Source: Candidatus Bathyarchaeota archaeon
GTDB lineage: Archaea > Thermoproteota > Bathyarchaeia > Bathyarchaeales > Bathycorpusculaceae
Direction: 5' to 3'
Assembly: GCA_963780185.1 (NCBI GenBank)
Contig: CAWABA010000006.1
Coordinates: 480,001 to 544,000 of the forward strand
Length of the DNA stretch: 64,000 nucleotides
Made by a program: the position numbers and the translations under genes. Below are positions 60,835 through 64,000 of this stretch, one piece after another; the first letter of the stretch is position 1; each line of letters opens with the position of its first letter. The notes beneath the pieces were generated by a model. The model saw only the letters and a list, made by a program, of their open reading frames with translations, made no database searches and was not told the origin of the DNA.

Positions 60835-60998
60835 CGACTGCCACCCCGTACCGAGCAATAGCCTATGTTAGCACGTGTTGCGCATAAAAAGTTATCACAA
60901 AGCAAGCGCTAAATGCGGCTTTCCATGACGACTTCGGATTTTTGGTGGATGGCTCCAAAAAACATAAATGGCTTAGACATTATCCTATTGGTCTTAGT

Positions 60999-61152
60999 CG
61001 GGAGGTAGCTCAGCCTGGCAGAGCTCTCGAATCGGCTAACTTGTTTAGCTGGTGGAGACGCTGTAGAGGTCTACCCACGGTGGGCTTCATTCAAGCCTGT
61101 GCAGGCCACAGATACCGAGCCGTCGCAGGTTCAAATCCTGCTCTCCCGACCA
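60999..61152 (+). tRNA. tRNA-Tyr(GTA) with two introns (61030-61059 at position 30/31; 61067-61113 at position 37/38), CCA encoded
   Basis: C1:G72 and A73; removing both introns yields CTCGG-CTGTAGA-CCGAG; both exon-intron junctions fold as bulge-helix-bulge (BHB) motifs. Confidence 0.92.
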
Positions 61153-61196
61153 ATTTTATTTTGGTTGCTTTAAGGTTCCAGCTTGATTTAAATAGA

Positions 61197-61218
61197 TATT
61201 GTGGTATATATCATAATA
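61197..61218. promoter_or_regulatory. Imperfect palindrome upstream of abiEi (putative autoregulatory site)
   Basis: TATTGTGGTATATATCATAATA is self-complementary at 18 of 22 positions. Confidence 0.4.
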
Positions 61219-61274
61219 CTGCAAAATATGCAGGGTTGTGATATAAAACGAAAACGAGCCTGCTGCTTAAAAAG

Positions 61275-61898
61275 TTGCGAATTAACAGAAAAGAGTTAGT
61301 GACGTCAGAAGAACTCAAAGAATATTGCAGACAATTAGGGCTCGATTATGAATCGACAGTTGATCATTTCATTACTCGAGGTCATTTACAACGCATTTTT
61401 AGAGGTATATTCTATGTAAAATCCTTAGACGAGATGAAGCTTGGGAGGACAAAGTATAGTCACTTGGACCTTGTTGCCAAGGGCTTGGAGTTAAAAGGCA
61501 TCAATGAATGGTATTTTGGCTTGTATACAGCATTAAAACTGAACAACATGACTCATGAGTATTTTGCCACAGATTACGTTGTGAACGACCACATACTACG
61601 TGTAAACCCTATGAAAATAGCGGGCCACAAATTCCGATTCCTGAAGTTCAAGCCCAAGCTTTTCAATTTCGGCATAACTGACAATGGCATATTGTATTCT
61701 GACCCTGAGAAGACAATCCTTGACTTCATTTACATGTGGCGCTATAACGGTGTTCCAAAAGATAAGATAGCCGCGGATGTTGGCGATTGGTCAAAAGATC
61801 TGTCTGAACCTGCCTTCAGCAGATACGCAAAGAATTATCCAAAAACGGTTCAGGAAATCGCACGTCAGGTTATGAACAGAAACAAGGTGCTTGCGTGA
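61275..61898 (+). CDS. abiEi: Type IV TA antitoxin AbiEi-like
   Basis: LQRIFRGIFYV, WYFGLYTAL and SDPEKTILD; overlaps the next gene by GTGA. Confidence 0.85.
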   Translation: MRINRKELVTSEELKEYCRQLGLDYESTVDHFITRGHLQRIFRGIFYVKSLDEMKLGRTKYSHLDLVAKGLELKGINEWYFGLYTALKLNNMTHEYFATDYVVNDHILRVNPMKIAGHKFRFLKFKPKLFNFGITDNGILYSDPEKTILDFIYMWRYNGVPKDKIAADVGDWSKDLSEPAFSRYAKNYPKTVQEIARQVMNRNKVLA

Positions 61899-62884
61899 GA
61901 AAAGACTTTGTCAACGAAGTTGCCAAACAAAACGGCATTGAGCAGGCAGACCTACTAGAAAAGGATTTGATTCTCCACCAAATACTGTTTGACCTCTCGC
62001 AAAATGAGTTTTTTTCCTGTAACTTTGTCTTCAAAGGAGGTACATGTCTGACGAAATGCTATCTGGGCTATTATCGCTTCTCAGAAGACATAGACTTCAC
62101 TTGGAAAGATCAAGCGGTTTTCGAAGGTATGTCTCAAATGAAAATTCGCCGATTACTGTCAAAGACAATAGACAAAGCAGGCGCAGTTTTCGAAGGAATA
62201 GCTAAAAGGCGAACTTTAGATTTCAAGTATGAAAAACAGAATAAGCACTTTGTCGAGCTTGGCGGAAGCAACAAGATGTGCACGTTCAAGATTTGGTACC
62301 ATGCGGAGACCCTAAATGTAGAAGGATTCATGAAAGTTCAGATGAATTTCGTTGAAAGGCTTCTTTTTTCACCACAAAAAGGAAAACTAAGTGCTTTGCG
62401 TTACAAACAGAGTAATGAGATGGCTTTTCTGTTTCCAGAATATACTGAGTACGGGCAAGCGGTTGATTTGTACGTGTATGACACACGAGAAATCGTTTGT
62501 GAGAAGATTCGCTCAATTCTCACTAGAGAAGGAGTCAAGGCACGTGACTTTTTGGATATTTACTTGATTTGCAAAAAATACAGTTTAGACCTTGATGACT
62601 TGCTTGACCCGATTATGGAAAAACTTAACTTTGTTCTTGGCATTTACAAGAAATATCGGGAGAACTTTGAGTCCAAGAAGGCTGTCTTCACTTCAGAGCC
62701 CTTTAGCTGGAAAGACGAAAAAAGGCTTCTGCTTCAGGAGATCGATGAGGAAGAGTTCAATAAGTTCTTGGATAACTTTAAGCCGTTTCTCAAAAAAGTC
62801 ATTGAAAAAGTGCCGCCCCGAAAACTATGTAAGCAAAACTTGGGAAACCAACGTAAAACTCCACCAACAAAATTTTTAGCCTGA
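61895..62884 (+). CDS. abiEii: AbiEii/AbiGii nucleotidyltransferase toxin
   Basis: LEKD, FKGGTCL, RFSEDIDF, EKIRS and ARDFLDI. Confidence 0.92.
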   Translation: MRKDFVNEVAKQNGIEQADLLEKDLILHQILFDLSQNEFFSCNFVFKGGTCLTKCYLGYYRFSEDIDFTWKDQAVFEGMSQMKIRRLLSKTIDKAGAVFEGIAKRRTLDFKYEKQNKHFVELGGSNKMCTFKIWYHAETLNVEGFMKVQMNFVERLLFSPQKGKLSALRYKQSNEMAFLFPEYTEYGQAVDLYVYDTREIVCEKIRSILTREGVKARDFLDIYLICKKYSLDLDDLLDPIMEKLNFVLGIYKKYRENFESKKAVFTSEPFSWKDEKRLLLQEIDEEEFNKFLDNFKPFLKKVIEKVPPRKLCKQNLGNQRKTPPTKFLA

Positions 62885-62909
62885 GAACCCGAAAATGAGA
62901 TTAAAGAAG

Positions 62910-64000
62910 TTAGACTTTGATTTCTTCGGTTAAGCCTGCTTCTGGGTACGGGAACAGGTGAGCTTTTTCAAGTGGGTAGGTTATTGTGACTTCTTCTCCG
63001 ACTTCGAACCATGTCTCCGCCAGCGAAGGCCGATTTATTACAAGGCGGTCGCCGTTGTCAAGCCTAATTTCGTAGCGGACCACGGTTCCTTCGAAAGTGA
63101 CTTTCTCTATTTTTCCAGCCAACCCGCCTTCAGAAGCGATTTTCCCAGCTTTCATTTCGCAGGTTTCAGGCCTAATTGCCAGGACGATTCGTTCGCCGTC
63201 TTTTATGCCTGATTTTTTGGCTTTGACTTTTAAGCCGCCTCGCAACTCGATTTCGCACCACCCGTCTGTTTGGGTGATGTAGCCTTCCAAAAGGTTAGAT
63301 TCGCCGATGAAGTGGGCGACAAACAGGCTGTTCGGGTACATGTAAAGCTCCTGCGGCGAGCCAACCTGCACGATTTTACCTTTCTTCATCACCGCTATCC
63401 TGTCTGAAATCGACATGGCTTCTGACTGGTCATGAGTGACATGAATGGCGGTCAGTTTGAGGTCTTTAGCCATCCGCCTGATTTCATAGCGAATTTCGTT
63501 CCTCACTTTAGCATCCAGCTGCCCGAGTGGTTCATCTAGAAGCAGGGTTTTGGCGCCTGCAGCTAACGCGCGTGCAACGGCTATTCTCTGCATCATGCCG
63601 CCGCTGAGTTCGCTGGGGTAAGCGCTTAGCCGTTCGTCAAGTTTAACTAGTTCAAGAACTTCATGCCCAATCGTGTCAGCTTCCTGTGCATCGTAGTTTT
63701 TGACTTTGGGTCCGTAGAGGACGTTGCCCCATGCGGTCATGTGTGGGAACAGGGCGAAGGTTTGGAATACGAATCCGATGTCGCGGTCTTCAGGCGGGTC
63801 TTTGTCGACGCGTCGGTCGCCAATGTAGATTTCGCCGCTGTCAGGTTCAATAAGCCCCGCGATGAGCCGCAGCAACGTGGTTTTTCCGCATCCGCTTGGC
63901 CCAAGCAGCGAAAAATATTCTTGGTCATGTATAGTTAAGCTGATGTTGTCTAAAGCGGCGATTTTCCCGTATTTTTTGGTTACGTTTACGATTCTGACAT
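62910..64000 (-). CDS. ABC transporter ATP-binding protein (PotA/FbpC-like, TOBE domain); start lies beyond window
   Basis: The frame extends upstream of the listed ORF to GPSGCGKTT; LSGGMMQR, LLDEP and HVTHD are present. Confidence 0.93.
   Translation of the reverse strand, partial: VRIVNVTKKYGKIAALDNISLTIHDQEYFSLLGPSGCGKTTLLRLIAGLIEPDSGEIYIGDRRVDKDPPEDRDIGFVFQTFALFPHMTAWGNVLYGPKVKNYDAQEADTIGHEVLELVKLDERLSAYPSELSGGMMQRIAVARALAAGAKTLLLDEPLGQLDAKVRNEIRYEIRRMAKDLKLTAIHVTHDQSEAMSISDRIAVMKKGKIVQVGSPQELYMYPNSLFVAHFIGESNLLEGYITQTDGWCEIELRGGLKVKAKKSGIKDGERIVLAIRPETCEMKAGKIASEGGLAGKIEKVTFEGTVVRYEIRLDNGDRLVINRPSLAETWFEVGEEVTITYPLEKAHLFPYPEAGLTEEIKV

Noticed and set aside
61074-61105. Nested third intron inside tRNA-Tyr intron 2
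   Set aside because: CACG/TGTG plus a GGCTT/AAGCC hairpin gives only a partial BHB; the outer helix does not fit a 3-nt bulge.

Overview
This is a 64-kb archaeal chromosomal window. Gene content suggests Bathyarchaeia (inference). Core genes include ileS, trm1, proC, aspartokinase, a bacterial-type pfkA, two GT4 glycosyltransferases and an ESCRT-III/CdvB paralog. There are five large secreted or surface proteins and three tRNAs: Val-GAC, Ala-CGC and a double-intron Tyr-GTA. An AT-rich ~11-kb island without an integrase sits at the tRNA-Ala 3' end, bounded by a 23-bp direct repeat and carrying three (T/G)GAACC-N6-GGTTCA palindromes. Its cargo is a radical SAM/SPASM enzyme, Fe-ADH, PLP aminotransferase, atypical 2-hydroxyacid dehydrogenase, deacetylase and metallophosphoesterase. 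Toxin-antitoxin modules (MNT with a HEPN stub, VapBC, AbiEi/AbiEii) and a type I R-M system cluster near the tRNAs. The ORF track missed several things: a DUF2400(HhH-GPD-like)/T7-endonuclease-I-like fusion at the left edge, three small zinc-finger proteins, a ~190-bp dispersed repeat with spacing-conserved AAGTCGCAA motifs at two defence-locus borders, and operator palindromes for an archaeal BlaI/M56 module. About 15 single-base frameshifts, including one in proC, are most likely assembly indels. All calls come from reading motifs by eye; no database searches were run.
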